64,000 bases of DNA from Trueperaceae bacterium (GCA_965213705.1 OZ243913.1:1568001-1632000), one strand, 5' to 3'. Shown: positions 27,768-37,911, counted from the stretch's first letter. Notes: generated by a model not told the origin, from the letters alone. A program made the numbers and translations.

Positions 27768-30632
27768 TCAAGCGACGTCCCGCACTTCCAGACGCTTGGT
27801 GATTTCGGGAATCCTGCGCAAAAACGAACCCGTCGAGGAGGTCGGGTGGGCGGCCAGGTTTTCCGGCGTGCCTTCCGCGACGACGGTCCCGCCGCGCACG
27901 CCGCCGTCCGGGCCTAAGTCGACAACCCAGTCGGCGGTCTTAATCACGTCCATGTTGTGTTCAATCACGACGAGCGTGTTACCCGCGTCGACCAGTCGGT
28001 GCAGCACGCCCAAAAGTTTGCGGGTGTCCTCGAAGTGCAGGCCGGTGGTGGGCTCGTCCAGGATGTAGAGCGTCTTGCCGGTCGAACGCTTGCCGAGTTC
28101 CGACGCGAGCTTGACGCGCTGCGCCTCGCCGCCGGACAGCGTCGGGCTCGACTGGCCGATCTTGATGTAACCGAGGCCCACGTCCTGCATGAGTTGCAGT
28201 TTGCGCGCGACGTTGGGGATGTTCTCGAAAAAGTCTAAGCCCTCGTCGACCGTCATGTCGAGCACGTCGGCAATCGAGCGCCCACGAATTTTGACCTCCA
28301 AAGTTTCCCGGTTGTACCGTTTGCCCTTACAGACCTCGCAAGGAACGTAAATGTCGGGCAGAAAGTACATCTCGACCTTGACCGTGCCGTCGCCCTTGCA
28401 GGCTTCGCAGCGGCCCCCCTTGACGTTGAACGAGAAGCGGCCCGCCTTGTAGCCGCGCTTGCGCGACTCGGGCGCGCGGGTGAACAGGTCGCGGATTTCG
28501 GTGAAGATGCCCGTGTAGGTCGCCGGGTTGCTGCGCGGCGTGCGCCCGATGGGACTCTGGTCGATTTCGATGACCTTGTCGATGTTCTCGGTCCCGTCGA
28601 TGCGGCTGTGTGTGCCGGGCGTTTCCTTGGCACGGTAGAGGTCTTTGGCTAAGGACGCGTGCAGTATGCGGTGGACGAGCGTCGACTTGCCCGAGCCCGA
28701 GGCCCCGGTGACGCAAGTCAGGGTGCCCAGCGGCAGCTCCACGGTGACGTTTTTTAAGTTGTGTTCCCGCGCCCCGACGATTTTGAGGCGCTTGCCGTTG
28801 CCGTCGCGGCGCTCTTCGGGCACGTCGATCTTTTTGTCGCCGCGCAGGTAGGCGGCGGTGAGCGAGTTCGGGTCTTTGAGCAACTCTTTCGGAGCTGCCG
28901 CCGCCACGACGCTGCCACCGTGAACGCCCGCGCCCGGCCCCAGGTCGACGATGTAGTCCGCGGCGCGCATCGTCTCCTCGTCGTGCTCGACCACGATAAG
29001 CGTGTTGCCCAAGTCGCGCAAGCTCAGGAGGGTTTTGAGCAAGCGCGTATTGTCGCGCGGGTGCAGCCCGATACTGGGCTCGTCGAGCACGTAGAGGACA
29101 CCGGTGAGTCCCGAACCCACCTGCGTCGCCAGACGGATGCGCTGCGCCTCGCCGCCGGAGAGCGTGTTGGCGCTGCGGTCGAGGGTGAGGTAGTCCAGTC
29201 CGACGTTTTCTAAAAACCCCAGGCGCGCATTGACCTCCCTGGTAATCGGCGTGGCGATGCTGTTGCCGGGTTCGGGGAGGTCGAGACTGCTGAAAAAGTC
29301 TCGAGCCTCGAGCACCGTCAGTCCCGACACCTGCGCGATGTTGCGGTCGGCGACCGTGACGGCTAGGACCTCGGGCTTGTAGCGCGTGCCGCCGCACGCG
29401 GGGCAGGGTTGCAGGCCCATGAAAGCTTCCAACTTTTCCCGCGCGAACTCGGTGTTCGCTTCGGCCAGGCGGCGCTCTAAGTTGGGAATCACCCCCTCGA
29501 AGTCGGCCTTGAAGCGCATCGTTTCCTTGCCGTCACGGGTGTAGACGACCTCGATGGGTTTGTCGGAGCCGTAGAGGATGACTTGTTTCGCCGGTTCGGG
29601 CAAGTCTTGCCACGGCGTCGACAGCTCGAAACCGAAGTGCTCGGCTACCGCGCGCAAGCGGTCCCAGTAAAAAATCTTGTTGCCGTCGCTGCGCCCGCCC
29701 GTCCAGGGCGCTATCGCGCCGCGGCTGATGGAGAGCGTCTCGTCGGGAATGACGAGGGCGGGGTCGAACTCTTGTTTGAAACCCAGGCCCGTGCAACTCG
29801 GGCAGGCACCGTAGGGGCTGTTGAAGGAGAAACTTCTGGGCTCGAGTTCCTCCAACGCCGTGCCGTGCTCCGGGCAAGCGAAGCGCTCGCTGAACAGTTC
29901 GTCGACGTTTTTTTCGGGCACGAACACACGCATCAGGCCTTCGCCCTTTTGCAGGGAGAGTTCCACAGACTCGGCCATGCGGGCGCGGTCTCCCTCGTCG
30001 ACTTTGATGCGGTCGACGACCACGTCGATGTCGTGTTTTTCGAAGCGTTCCAAGTTGCTCGCCAGGGCTTCCTCGAGCGTCATCACGACGCCGTCGACCC
30101 GCACGCGCGCGAAGCCCTCTTTTTTGAGGTCGGCGAAAAGTTTTTTGTACTCGCCCTTGCGCCCGCGCACCACCGGGGCCAAGAGCAGCGCTTTTTCATG
30201 GTTAAAGCGCGCCACCATCTTGTCGACAATTTCGCTCGCCGACTGCTTTTCAACGCGCCGTCCGCACACCGGACAGTGGGGGATGCCGGCGCGAGCGAAG
30301 AGCAGCCGCAAGTAGTCGTGAATCTCGGTCACGGTGCCGACCGTCGAGCGCGGGTTGTGCGAGGTCGTTTTCTGGTCGATGCTGATGGCCGGGCTCAGGC
30401 CTTCGATGGCGTCGACGTCGGGCTTGTCCATCAGTCCTAAAAATTGCCGCGCGTAGGCCGACAGGCTTTCGACGTAGCGGCGCTGGCCCTCGGCGTAAAT
30501 CGTGTCGAAAGCGAGCGTCGACTTGCCCGAGCCGGACACGCCGGTAAAGACGATAAAGGCGTTTCTGGGGAGTTCAATACTGACGTCTTTGAGGTTGTGT
30601 TCGCGTGCGCCGCGAACCACTAGGTTTTGCAA
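27768..30632 (-). CDS. uvrA: Excinuclease ABC subunit A
   Basis: GAREHNLK, two Walker A motifs, two LSGGEAQR motifs, Zn fingers. Confidence 0.98.
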   Translation of the reverse strand: MQNLVVRGAREHNLKDVSIELPRNAFIVFTGVSGSGKSTLAFDTIYAEGQRRYVESLSAYARQFLGLMDKPDVDAIEGLSPAISIDQKTTSHNPRSTVGTVTEIHDYLRLLFARAGIPHCPVCGRRVEKQSASEIVDKMVARFNHEKALLLAPVVRGRKGEYKKLFADLKKEGFARVRVDGVVMTLEEALASNLERFEKHDIDVVVDRIKVDEGDRARMAESVELSLQKGEGLMRVFVPEKNVDELFSERFACPEHGTALEELEPRSFSFNSPYGACPSCTGLGFKQEFDPALVIPDETLSISRGAIAPWTGGRSDGNKIFYWDRLRAVAEHFGFELSTPWQDLPEPAKQVILYGSDKPIEVVYTRDGKETMRFKADFEGVIPNLERRLAEANTEFAREKLEAFMGLQPCPACGGTRYKPEVLAVTVADRNIAQVSGLTVLEARDFFSSLDLPEPGNSIATPITREVNARLGFLENVGLDYLTLDRSANTLSGGEAQRIRLATQVGSGLTGVLYVLDEPSIGLHPRDNTRLLKTLLSLRDLGNTLIVVEHDEETMRAADYIVDLGPGAGVHGGSVVAAAAPKELLKDPNSLTAAYLRGDKKIDVPEERRDGNGKRLKIVGAREHNLKNVTVELPLGTLTCVTGASGSGKSTLVHRILHASLAKDLYRAKETPGTHSRIDGTENIDKVIEIDQSPIGRTPRSNPATYTGIFTEIRDLFTRAPESRKRGYKAGRFSFNVKGGRCEACKGDGTVKVEMYFLPDIYVPCEVCKGKRYNRETLEVKIRGRSIADVLDMTVDEGLDFFENIPNVARKLQLMQDVGLGYIKIGQSSPTLSGGEAQRVKLASELGKRSTGKTLYILDEPTTGLHFEDTRKLLGVLHRLVDAGNTLVVIEHNMDVIKTADWVVDLGPDGGVRGGTVVAEGTPENLAAHPTSSTGSFLRRIPEITKRLEVRDVA

Positions 30633-30702
30633 GAGCGTTGGCCCCCTTCGCAGGTCCAGGGTCGACGTTGAAGACAGCCTGTCAAACGACTGCGGCCGGC
30701 TG

Positions 30703-30729
30703 TCCCGTTCAAAACAGTAGAGTATAGCA
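30703..30729 (-). promoter_or_regulatory. uvrA extended -10 (TGcTATACT) followed by RDRM-like 17-mer
   Basis: TATACT 30726-30721; plus-strand TCCCGTTCAAAACAGTA at 30703-30719. Confidence 0.5.
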
Positions 30730-30927
30730 GAGGCTTCGGGGATAAGCTTGTAACGAGCAAAGAAGTACCGAGTGAAAAGTACAGGATAAAAAGTACCGAG
30801 TCGAAGGCGTTTTGACTCGCCACTAGGTACTGGGCACCGTCCTCCACTTTGAACTCGTTGCTAGGTACTCGGTACTTTCTACCCTCGGCCGACAAACGCG
30901 AAACCGTCCGGTCCGCCACGCACTCGG

Positions 30928-31344
30928 CTAAGCGTTCTCCTCGAGCCTTACCACCGTTTCGCCCGCCAGTACCCGGTCGACGGTCTCGAAAAGGGCGTCC
31001 GCGTCGCCTTTTTGCACGTAGCCTTTCGCGCCGGCGCGCAACGCGGTCGTGACGTAGCTCGCCTCGGCGTGGCTCGTCACCATGATGCACTTGAGGTGAG
31101 GCCAACGCGCCTGCAACTCCGCCACAAACGCGACGCCGCTCATGCCGGGCAAGGAAATGTTGACAAACACCAGTTCCGGCTCTAGGGCGTGGTCGCCCTC
31201 GGCGCGGCTCAGCCACGCCAAGCCCGCCTCGGCCGAGGCGACTTCGCCGACCAGCGCGAGGTCGCTCCTGGACTGGACGAGTTCGCTCAGCAACTCGCGC
31301 AACAGCGGATGGTCTTCGACAATCAAAACTCTCGTTTCTTTCAT
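30928..31344 (-). CDS. Single-domain receiver protein, phosphoacceptor D-to-N
   Basis: RVLIVEDH, LVFVNISLPG, GAKGYVQK; no output domain. Confidence 0.85.
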   Translation of the reverse strand: MKETRVLIVEDHPLLRELLSELVQSRSDLALVGEVASAEAGLAWLSRAEGDHALEPELVFVNISLPGMSGVAFVAELQARWPHLKCIMVTSHAEASYVTTALRAGAKGYVQKGDADALFETVDRVLAGETVVRLEENA

Positions 31345-31422
31345 AAATTTCCCCGTTACGTTTTCCTGGTGTAACCCGTACTTGTTGTAACCCGCACCTG
31401 TTGCGACGCACACCTGGGAATT

Positions 31423-32508
31423 TCAGTCTAGGGAACGAAGCGGTAGCCTGACTGTGGCGCGCGTTCCGTTGCCCGGGACCGAGGTGACGTCAAGCGTGCC
31501 GCCGTACAGTTCCAGGCGCTGCCGCACGCTCGCCAGGCCGAAGCCGCCGCTGTTGCCCTTCAAGTCGCCGTCGAAGCCGTCACCTTTGTCGGTGATGACG
31601 ATTCGCAACTCGTCGCCCCCTGGTCCGGTGGGTGAGGCTTGAACCGTCTCGAGTTCGACCTCGGCCGTTTGTACGCCTGCGTGTTTGACGACGTTGAACA
31701 GCAGTTCGCGCGCGATTTGAAAGAGCAGCAGCTTGACCGGCTCGCTCAGCTCGGGTTCTCCAGTCGGCAGCTTCAGGTGAATATCCAAGCCGTAGCGGTT
31801 CGCCATGTGCTCTTTTAGCCAGTGCAAACCTGCCACGAGCCCCTGTTGCAGCGCGGGCGGGCTGATTTCGACGCTCAGGTTGCGCGCCAAGGAAATCGCG
31901 TCTTTGAGAATGTCGAGGGCGGGCGCCAAGTCGGGTGCGCCTCGCTCAACCTTGCGCAGAGCAATTTGCAGCGCGAACAGTTGCTGTTGCAACTCGTCGT
32001 GAACGAGTTGCGCCAAGCGCCGCCGCTCGCGTTCCTCGGCCAGGGTGAGTTCCGAGGCGAGGTCGCGAACCTGCTGGGTACGCGTTTCAACCTGTCGGAC
32101 GAGCGTGTCGTTGAGGTGGGCAAGCGCGTCCTCGGCACGCTTTTTAGCGGTGTTGTCGCGGACGATTTTGGCGAAGCCCAACAGCGCGCCGTCTTTGTCG
32201 CGGAGCGCGCTCATGATGCCGACCGCCCAAAAGCGAGTACCGTCGGCCCGGAGGTGCCAGCGTTCGTCGTTGGCGCGGCCGGTTTCGGCGGCGACGCGCA
32301 TCTCGTGTTCGGGAACGCCGGTTTGCCGCTGCTCGTCGGTAAAAATCATCAGGCCCGAGTGCCCGACGAAGGCGTCGCGGTCGTAGCCGAACAGAGCGGC
32401 CACCCCCGGATGCCAGGTTTGGACGACGCCGTGGGTGTTCATCACGAACAGGGCGTAGTCGTGCAGGTTGTCGAGCGTGAGTTCGTACAGATAAGCGTCA
32501 GTCGGCAT
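31423..32508 (-). CDS. PAS-domain sensor histidine kinase (HisKA_3 type)
   Basis: PAS/PAC, ERRRLAQLVHDE, ELLFNVVKHA, DKGDGF, GFGL. Confidence 0.9.
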   Translation of the reverse strand: MPTDAYLYELTLDNLHDYALFVMNTHGVVQTWHPGVAALFGYDRDAFVGHSGLMIFTDEQRQTGVPEHEMRVAAETGRANDERWHLRADGTRFWAVGIMSALRDKDGALLGFAKIVRDNTAKKRAEDALAHLNDTLVRQVETRTQQVRDLASELTLAEERERRRLAQLVHDELQQQLFALQIALRKVERGAPDLAPALDILKDAISLARNLSVEISPPALQQGLVAGLHWLKEHMANRYGLDIHLKLPTGEPELSEPVKLLLFQIARELLFNVVKHAGVQTAEVELETVQASPTGPGGDELRIVITDKGDGFDGDLKGNSGGFGLASVRQRLELYGGTLDVTSVPGNGTRATVRLPLRSLD

Positions 32509-32686
32509 GTGACCCCCCGGTCCAACGACTGTGCAGTTTAAGTATCTCCATGGTGAATTTGCAGGAGCAAATTCACCCGAGTGGAGCGAGTACGGATAGA
32601 CCGACTAAGCATTCTGCAAAGTCACCATGGATTAGCTTACAGGGTGGTCGCTTAAAAGCGAGCAGCGGAAACGACACCGGCAAAGT

Positions 32687-33640
32687 TCAGCCCCGCGTCG
32701 TGCTCGAGAACAGTTGGCTGACTGAAGCGTTGTCGTGGACGTTGCGAAGCGCCGAGGCCAGCAGCGGCGCGACCGACAACACGTTCACCTTGCCGAGGTG
32801 CCCGGTGTAAGGAATCGTGTCGGTGACGATGACCTCGCTTATGGCCGGGTGCGCTAGGCGCTCCAAGGCCGGCCGGATAAACACCGGGTGCGTCGCGCCG
32901 ACACGGATGTCGGGCCGCGCGCCGAGTTCGACCAGCGCTTCGACGCCGCGCAAAATCGTTCCGGCAGTCGAAATCATGTCGTCGATGATGATGGGCCGCT
33001 TGCCCACCACCTCGCCGATGACGTGCGAAATGCTGGTTTCGGTCGGGCTTTTACGGCGTTTATAAAGAATCGCCAAGTCCAGCCCCAAGTAGTTTGCCAG
33101 CCGCCGACCCTCGGTCGCCCGGCCGATGTCGGGCGACACCACCACGCTGTTGCTGAGGTCGGTTTTTTTCAAGTACTGGCCGATGATGTCGAGCGCGGTC
33201 AAGTGGTCGACCGGCACGTCGAAAAAGCCCTGAATCTGGCCCGCGTGCAAGTCTACAGTGATGACCCGGTCTATTCCGACCGTCTCCAACATGTTGGCGA
33301 CGAGTTTGGCGGTGATGGGTTCGCGCGCCTGCACTTTTTTGTCCTGCCGCGCGTAGCCGAAGTAAGGCACGACCACGTTGATGCGCCACGCCGAGGCGCG
33401 CCGCAACGCGTCGGCAAAGACGAGCAGTTCCATGATGTTGTGGTTCACAGGCGCGCAGGTAGACTGGATGAGGTAGCAGTCGCAGCCGCGCACCGACTCT
33501 TCTATTTGCACGCGCGTTTCGCCGTCCGGGAACTGGGTCGCCCAACCCTTGGAAAGCGTCTCGCCCAAGTGTTCGGCGACCGCCACAGCCAAGTCGGGCG
33601 TCGCGGTGCCACCGAACAGCTTTATCTTCTCACCTATCAC
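32687..33640 (-). CDS. prs: Ribose-phosphate pyrophosphokinase
   Basis: FPDGE, PYFGYARQD, DLHAGQIQGFF, IDDMISTAGT. Confidence 0.96.
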   Translation of the reverse strand: MIGEKIKLFGGTATPDLAVAVAEHLGETLSKGWATQFPDGETRVQIEESVRGCDCYLIQSTCAPVNHNIMELLVFADALRRASAWRINVVVPYFGYARQDKKVQAREPITAKLVANMLETVGIDRVITVDLHAGQIQGFFDVPVDHLTALDIIGQYLKKTDLSNSVVVSPDIGRATEGRRLANYLGLDLAILYKRRKSPTETSISHVIGEVVGKRPIIIDDMISTAGTILRGVEALVELGARPDIRVGATHPVFIRPALERLAHPAISEVIVTDTIPYTGHLGKVNVLSVAPLLASALRNVHDNASVSQLFSSTTRG

Positions 33641-33696
33641 CGGTCATCCTTCAAGGTCGAGCCTCCAGACAAGTTCAGGAGGGAGTATACCTTTTA

Positions 33697-33813
33697 CGGC
33701 GGTGGGGTTACGCCGGTGGGGAGAGGCGGGTGGTTGCGCTCCCCGGTGGGCCGGGACCCGGACACACCCCGCGCCAGGACGAGCGTCTACCGTAAGGCGT
33801 TTCCGAAGCCGCC
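33697..33813 (+). ncRNA. Candidate structured RNA (unassigned family)
   Basis: Long imperfect rod with G-U pairs favouring the + strand, in a 500-nt intergenic region. Confidence 0.3.
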
Positions 33814-34057
33814 GGTACGGAAGAGCATGGCGGCTCGAGCCGTTTGCCCCTTTTCGGTCGGTTCTCTTTCAGCTCGAGCGCGGCGAGCACAAACTTTGTC
33901 GGGGCCGGCGGGAAACCGAAAAGTCCCTGCCAAGTTAATGGACGCGCAAGTTGGCGGGCGTGCAAGTTCATGAAGGTGCGCTGTCAAAACTTGCAGTCGG
34001 AATCCGCAGCAGCCCTCAGCGCCGACGTCCCCGCCACCTCGCGCTGTGACCGCCGCG

Positions 34058-34086
34058 TTGACGCTTGTCGGTGTTCGGGATAGGAT
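34058..34086 (+). promoter_or_regulatory. sigma70 promoter for TRAP genes
   Basis: TTGACG-N17-TAGGAT; AGGAGG RBS downstream. Confidence 0.7.
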
Positions 34087-34146
34087 GCGGACGAGTTAGT
34101 ATAAAATTACACAACGACGAACGAAGTTTGTTCAGGAGGTCAGGGT

Positions 34147-34746
34147 TTGACATTTCTACTGGGAATTTCTAAGCTCATCGACGCGGTTACGACGCGACTC
34201 GGTCAGGTGATGTGGTGGCTGACGCTGGTGATGGTGCTGATAGGTTTTTTCAACGTCGTCACGCGCTACGTGGGGCGGGCACTCGGCATCTCTCTGGGCG
34301 GCACGCTTTACATCGCGCTGCAAACCTACGCTTACGACCTGGTGTTTTTGCTCGGCGCGGCGTACGTGTTCCGGGTCGACGCGCACGTCCGCGTCGACGT
34401 TATTTACAGTTCTCTAAAACGCCGCACTCGAGCCCTGATAGACATTTTCGGCATCCTCTTTTTTCTGTTCCCGTTCAGCTACATGGGTATTTATTTCAGC
34501 CGCAGTTACGTCGCCAACTCGTGGCGGCAGCTCGAGGTCAACCGCAACGCGGGCAACATCCCGGTCTACCCTATCAAAACCATGATCATCGTGGCCTTCG
34601 CGCTGCTCATTTTGCAGGGCGTGAGCGAACTCATCAAGAACATCGCTTTTTTGCAGGGCCGCCCCGACTCCCGTTCGATTCACGCCGTCGAACCCGAACT
34701 GGAACCCATTGATGGCGGCGTCGCCGACAAAACCGAGGCGGTCTGA
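34147..34746 (+). CDS. TRAP transporter small permease (DctQ)
   Basis: 4 TM segments, HVRVD motif. Confidence 0.9.
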   Translation: MTFLLGISKLIDAVTTRLGQVMWWLTLVMVLIGFFNVVTRYVGRALGISLGGTLYIALQTYAYDLVFLLGAAYVFRVDAHVRVDVIYSSLKRRTRALIDIFGILFFLFPFSYMGIYFSRSYVANSWRQLEVNRNAGNIPVYPIKTMIIVAFALLILQGVSELIKNIAFLQGRPDSRSIHAVEPELEPIDGGVADKTEAV

Positions 34747-36108
34747 ATGGAATACTTGCCCTTTTACATGTTCGGCGCGGCGGTCGCGCTGCTCTTAATT
34801 GGCTTTCCGGTCGCTTTCAGTTTGGGCGGGACAGCGGTGCTTTTTACCCTTATCGGCAGCGACTTTTTACCGTGGCTGCCCTGGGAGCCGCTTTTCCGGC
34901 TGGCGCGACTCAACATCTTGCCGCAGCGCATTTTCGGCACCATCATGGAGAACTACACGCTCGTCGCGGTGCCGTTTTTTGTGTTCATGGGCGTGATGCT
35001 GGAAAAGTCGGGTCTGGCGGAGGAGTTGCTCGAGACGATGGGCTCGCTCTTCGGCAAACTGCGCGGCGGTTTGGCTATCAGCGTGGTGGTGGTGGGCGCG
35101 CTGCTGGCGGCCTCGACGGGGGTCGTCGGCGCGTCGGTGGTGACGATGGGCGTGCTGGCGCTGCCGGTCATGCTGAAATACAACTACAGCAAAAAGCTGG
35201 CGACCGGGGTCATCGCCTCGTCGGGCACCTTGGGGCAAATCATCCCGCCGTCCATCGTCTTGGTCATCCTGGGCGACCAAATTGGCGTGTCGGTGGGGCC
35301 GCTGTTTTTGGGCGCGCTCATTCCGGGCTTTATGCTGGCGGGTTTGTTCATCCTGTGGGTCGTTTTTGTGGCGTTCACCCAACCCAAGCAAGCGCCCGCC
35401 ATGCCGCCCGAGGCGCGCACCCTGCGGGGCGGGGCGCTGTTCGTCAAGGTGTTGCGCAGCCTCATCCCGCCGCTGTTTCTGATTTTGCTGGTCTTGGGCA
35501 CCATCTTTTTCGGCTTCGCCACCCCCACCGAGGCCGGCGCGATGGGCGCGATGGGCGCGATGCTGCTAGCCCTCGTCAACCGCCGCCTGACCTTACAAAA
35601 CCTGCTCAACACGATGGACCAGACCGTGCGCCTCACCTCGATGGTGTTTATCATTTTGATAGGCGCGACGGCCTTCAGCATGGTTTTTACCGCGATGCGC
35701 GGCGACATCTTGGTGGACTCGTTTTTGGTTTCGCTGCCGGGCGGTCAGTGGGGTTTCTTGTTTTTCACCATGCTGGTGATTTTCCTGCTCGGCTTTTTTA
35801 TCGACTTTATCGAAATCACTTTCATTGTCGTGCCCTTTATCGCGCCGATTGCGCTGCGCTTTTTCGGTCCCGACATGATGGTGTGGTTCGGCGTCGTCAT
35901 CGCCATGAACCTGCAAGCCTCGTTCTTGACGCCGCCCTTCGGTTTTGCGCTCTTTTACCTCAAGGGGGTCGCGCCGCCGTCCATCAAAACGACCGACATC
36001 TACCAGGGCATCGTCCCCTTTATCATCATTCAACTCATCGCGCTGCTGCTCATCATCTTGTTTCCCGGCATCGTCACCTGGCTGCCGTCGATTTCGGGGG
36101 CGAAGTAG
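34747..36108 (+). CDS. TRAP transporter large permease (DctM)
   Basis: GFPVAF, AVPFF, GTLGQIIPPS, FLTPPFG. Confidence 0.93.
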   Translation: MEYLPFYMFGAAVALLLIGFPVAFSLGGTAVLFTLIGSDFLPWLPWEPLFRLARLNILPQRIFGTIMENYTLVAVPFFVFMGVMLEKSGLAEELLETMGSLFGKLRGGLAISVVVVGALLAASTGVVGASVVTMGVLALPVMLKYNYSKKLATGVIASSGTLGQIIPPSIVLVILGDQIGVSVGPLFLGALIPGFMLAGLFILWVVFVAFTQPKQAPAMPPEARTLRGGALFVKVLRSLIPPLFLILLVLGTIFFGFATPTEAGAMGAMGAMLLALVNRRLTLQNLLNTMDQTVRLTSMVFIILIGATAFSMVFTAMRGDILVDSFLVSLPGGQWGFLFFTMLVIFLLGFFIDFIEITFIVVPFIAPIALRFFGPDMMVWFGVVIAMNLQASFLTPPFGFALFYLKGVAPPSIKTTDIYQGIVPFIIIQLIALLLIILFPGIVTWLPSISGAK

Positions 36109-36120
36109 GGGCTCGAGACC

Positions 36121-36144
36121 TTCACCTTGGCGCGCCAAGGTGAA
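36121..36144. terminator. Perfect 24-bp palindrome between convergent genes
   Basis: TTCACCTTGGCGCGCCAAGGTGAA; no U-tract. Confidence 0.45.
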
Positions 36145-36150
36145 CGGCGG

Positions 36151-36972
36151 CTAACCAGCCTTGACAAGCGTGCTGAGCCGTGAAGCAAAAACTGAGTACC
36201 TGCGAACTTGGTCGAGGTGGGTTTCGGGCAAGTGGCGCAGTCGGTAATGCCGTTCGACTTCCACCAAGCGCCGCAGCGCCGCTCTCACAGTCAGTTGCAG
36301 AAAAGTCGGCGTTGGCGTAACAAGCGACCACGGCGCTCGTTCCCACAGAACGGCGTCCACGCAAAAAAGGGCTTCCGCGTACGCTGCCGGTCGCCAGTAA
36401 GGGCTGAAATCGATAACGGCCAAGGGCTCACCTGCTTTGTAAAGCATGTTGCCGCTGATGTCGCCGTGGATAATTTGCTGGTGAAGCGTCAAGGGACGGA
36501 CGCAGCTCTGCAAATGCTCGTAAACCTCAGCCACTCTTTGGTGAGGTTGCCACTCGGCATTTTCCCAAACGATTCTGTCGGCCTGCGACCAGGGGTCGTC
36601 TCGGTCATCGAGAAATGCAGGTCTTGGACAGTCGGCAAGGGCTTTGTGGAAAGCTTGGCTGGCCGAAATCCGCTCGTCGTATCGCTCACCCAACAAGGTA
36701 GAACCCTCGAGGTATTCCCAGGCCGTCCAGCCCTCAAACACCCACCTTCCCGCACTCGAGACCAGCGGGAGAGGAACACGGAACCCCGTCTGCTTGATGG
36801 TGGCGTACACGTCGGCTACCCACTCGGCTTCCTCGACGCCGAAAGCGGGTTTGAGAACCGTGTCCCCAACTCGGTAAGTCGAGCCTTGACCCCCCTCGAG
36901 CTTGACGGCTACGCCCGAAACGGCAAAGGCTTCCAAAACGCTTTCTGGTGGTTGCACCGTGTTGTCTTTCAT
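36151..36972 (-). CDS. APH/kinase-like phosphotransferase (TIGR02569-like)
   Basis: GGQG, VLKP, IIHGDISGN, IDFSPYWRP. Confidence 0.8.
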   Translation of the reverse strand: MKDNTVQPPESVLEAFAVSGVAVKLEGGQGSTYRVGDTVLKPAFGVEEAEWVADVYATIKQTGFRVPLPLVSSAGRWVFEGWTAWEYLEGSTLLGERYDERISASQAFHKALADCPRPAFLDDRDDPWSQADRIVWENAEWQPHQRVAEVYEHLQSCVRPLTLHQQIIHGDISGNMLYKAGEPLAVIDFSPYWRPAAYAEALFCVDAVLWERAPWSLVTPTPTFLQLTVRAALRRLVEVERHYRLRHLPETHLDQVRRYSVFASRLSTLVKAG

Positions 36973-36984
36973 TTCAAGCTCAAA

Positions 36985-37911
36985 TCAGTAGCTCGAGATC
37001 GTCTCGAGCAGCACCGCCAGCGCCCCATCCCGGTCGATGTGTTTGCCCACCTGCGCGTTTTTGGGTAGGTCGCTCCGCACCTTGCGCTCGTCCACCACGG
37101 TCATGCCGCGGGTGTGCTCGCCGCGCAGTTCGACGGCGACGTTTCGCGGTTCGAAAGTTATCAGGTCGGGGTGCGTCAGGGCCAACACCGCGCAGGGGTC
37201 GTGGAGGGGCGCGGTGAAGGTGCCGAAAAAGCGCTCCGCGTAAGTTTGGCCGAAGAATTCAATCATGTCTGCAACGAAGTGGGCCGCGCGGTTGTCGACG
37301 GCGCGAATCGTCACCAGGTCTTCGGTGCGCAGGTCGAACTGGTGGGTCAGGTCGAGGCCGCACATCAAGATATTCGCGCCGCTCCTGAACACGATGTCCG
37401 CCGCTTCGGGGTCGGCCAAGACGTTGAACTCGGCGGCGGGCGTGGTGTTGCCAAAGGTGCTCGAGCCGCCCATCACCGAAATGCCTTTGAGCTTGGTTGC
37501 CAAGTTCGGCGCTAAACTCAGCGCGAGCGCGACGTTGGTCAGCGGCCCGACCGCGACGAGCCAGAGGTCGTCGTGTTGACGGATGGTGTCGATAAGATAG
37601 TGAACCGCGTCGTCTCCCGCTACCTCGCGTGTCAATGGCGGCAACTCGGGGCCGCCCAGCCCGGTTTCGCCGTGGATGTCGGGCGCGTGTAGGGGTTCGG
37701 CGACAAGCGGCGCGTTCGCACCCCGGTAAACGGGTACGTCGACGTCTAAAAGTTGCGTCGTGATGAGCGCGTTGTGGGTGGTGAGGTCTAAGTTCACGTT
37801 GCCGTTCACCGTCGTGACGCCGAGCAGTTCGGTGTGGCGCGCGGCGAGCAAAATCGCAATCGCGTCGTCGTGGCCGGGGTCGCAGTCGAGAATGATTTTG
37901 GGTTTGGGCAT
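36985..37911 (-). CDS. Inosine/uridine-preferring nucleoside hydrolase
   Basis: DCDPGHDD, AEFN, HDP. Confidence 0.95.
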   Translation of the reverse strand: MPKPKIILDCDPGHDDAIAILLAARHTELLGVTTVNGNVNLDLTTHNALITTQLLDVDVPVYRGANAPLVAEPLHAPDIHGETGLGGPELPPLTREVAGDDAVHYLIDTIRQHDDLWLVAVGPLTNVALALSLAPNLATKLKGISVMGGSSTFGNTTPAAEFNVLADPEAADIVFRSGANILMCGLDLTHQFDLRTEDLVTIRAVDNRAAHFVADMIEFFGQTYAERFFGTFTAPLHDPCAVLALTHPDLITFEPRNVAVELRGEHTRGMTVVDERKVRSDLPKNAQVGKHIDRDGALAVLLETISSY

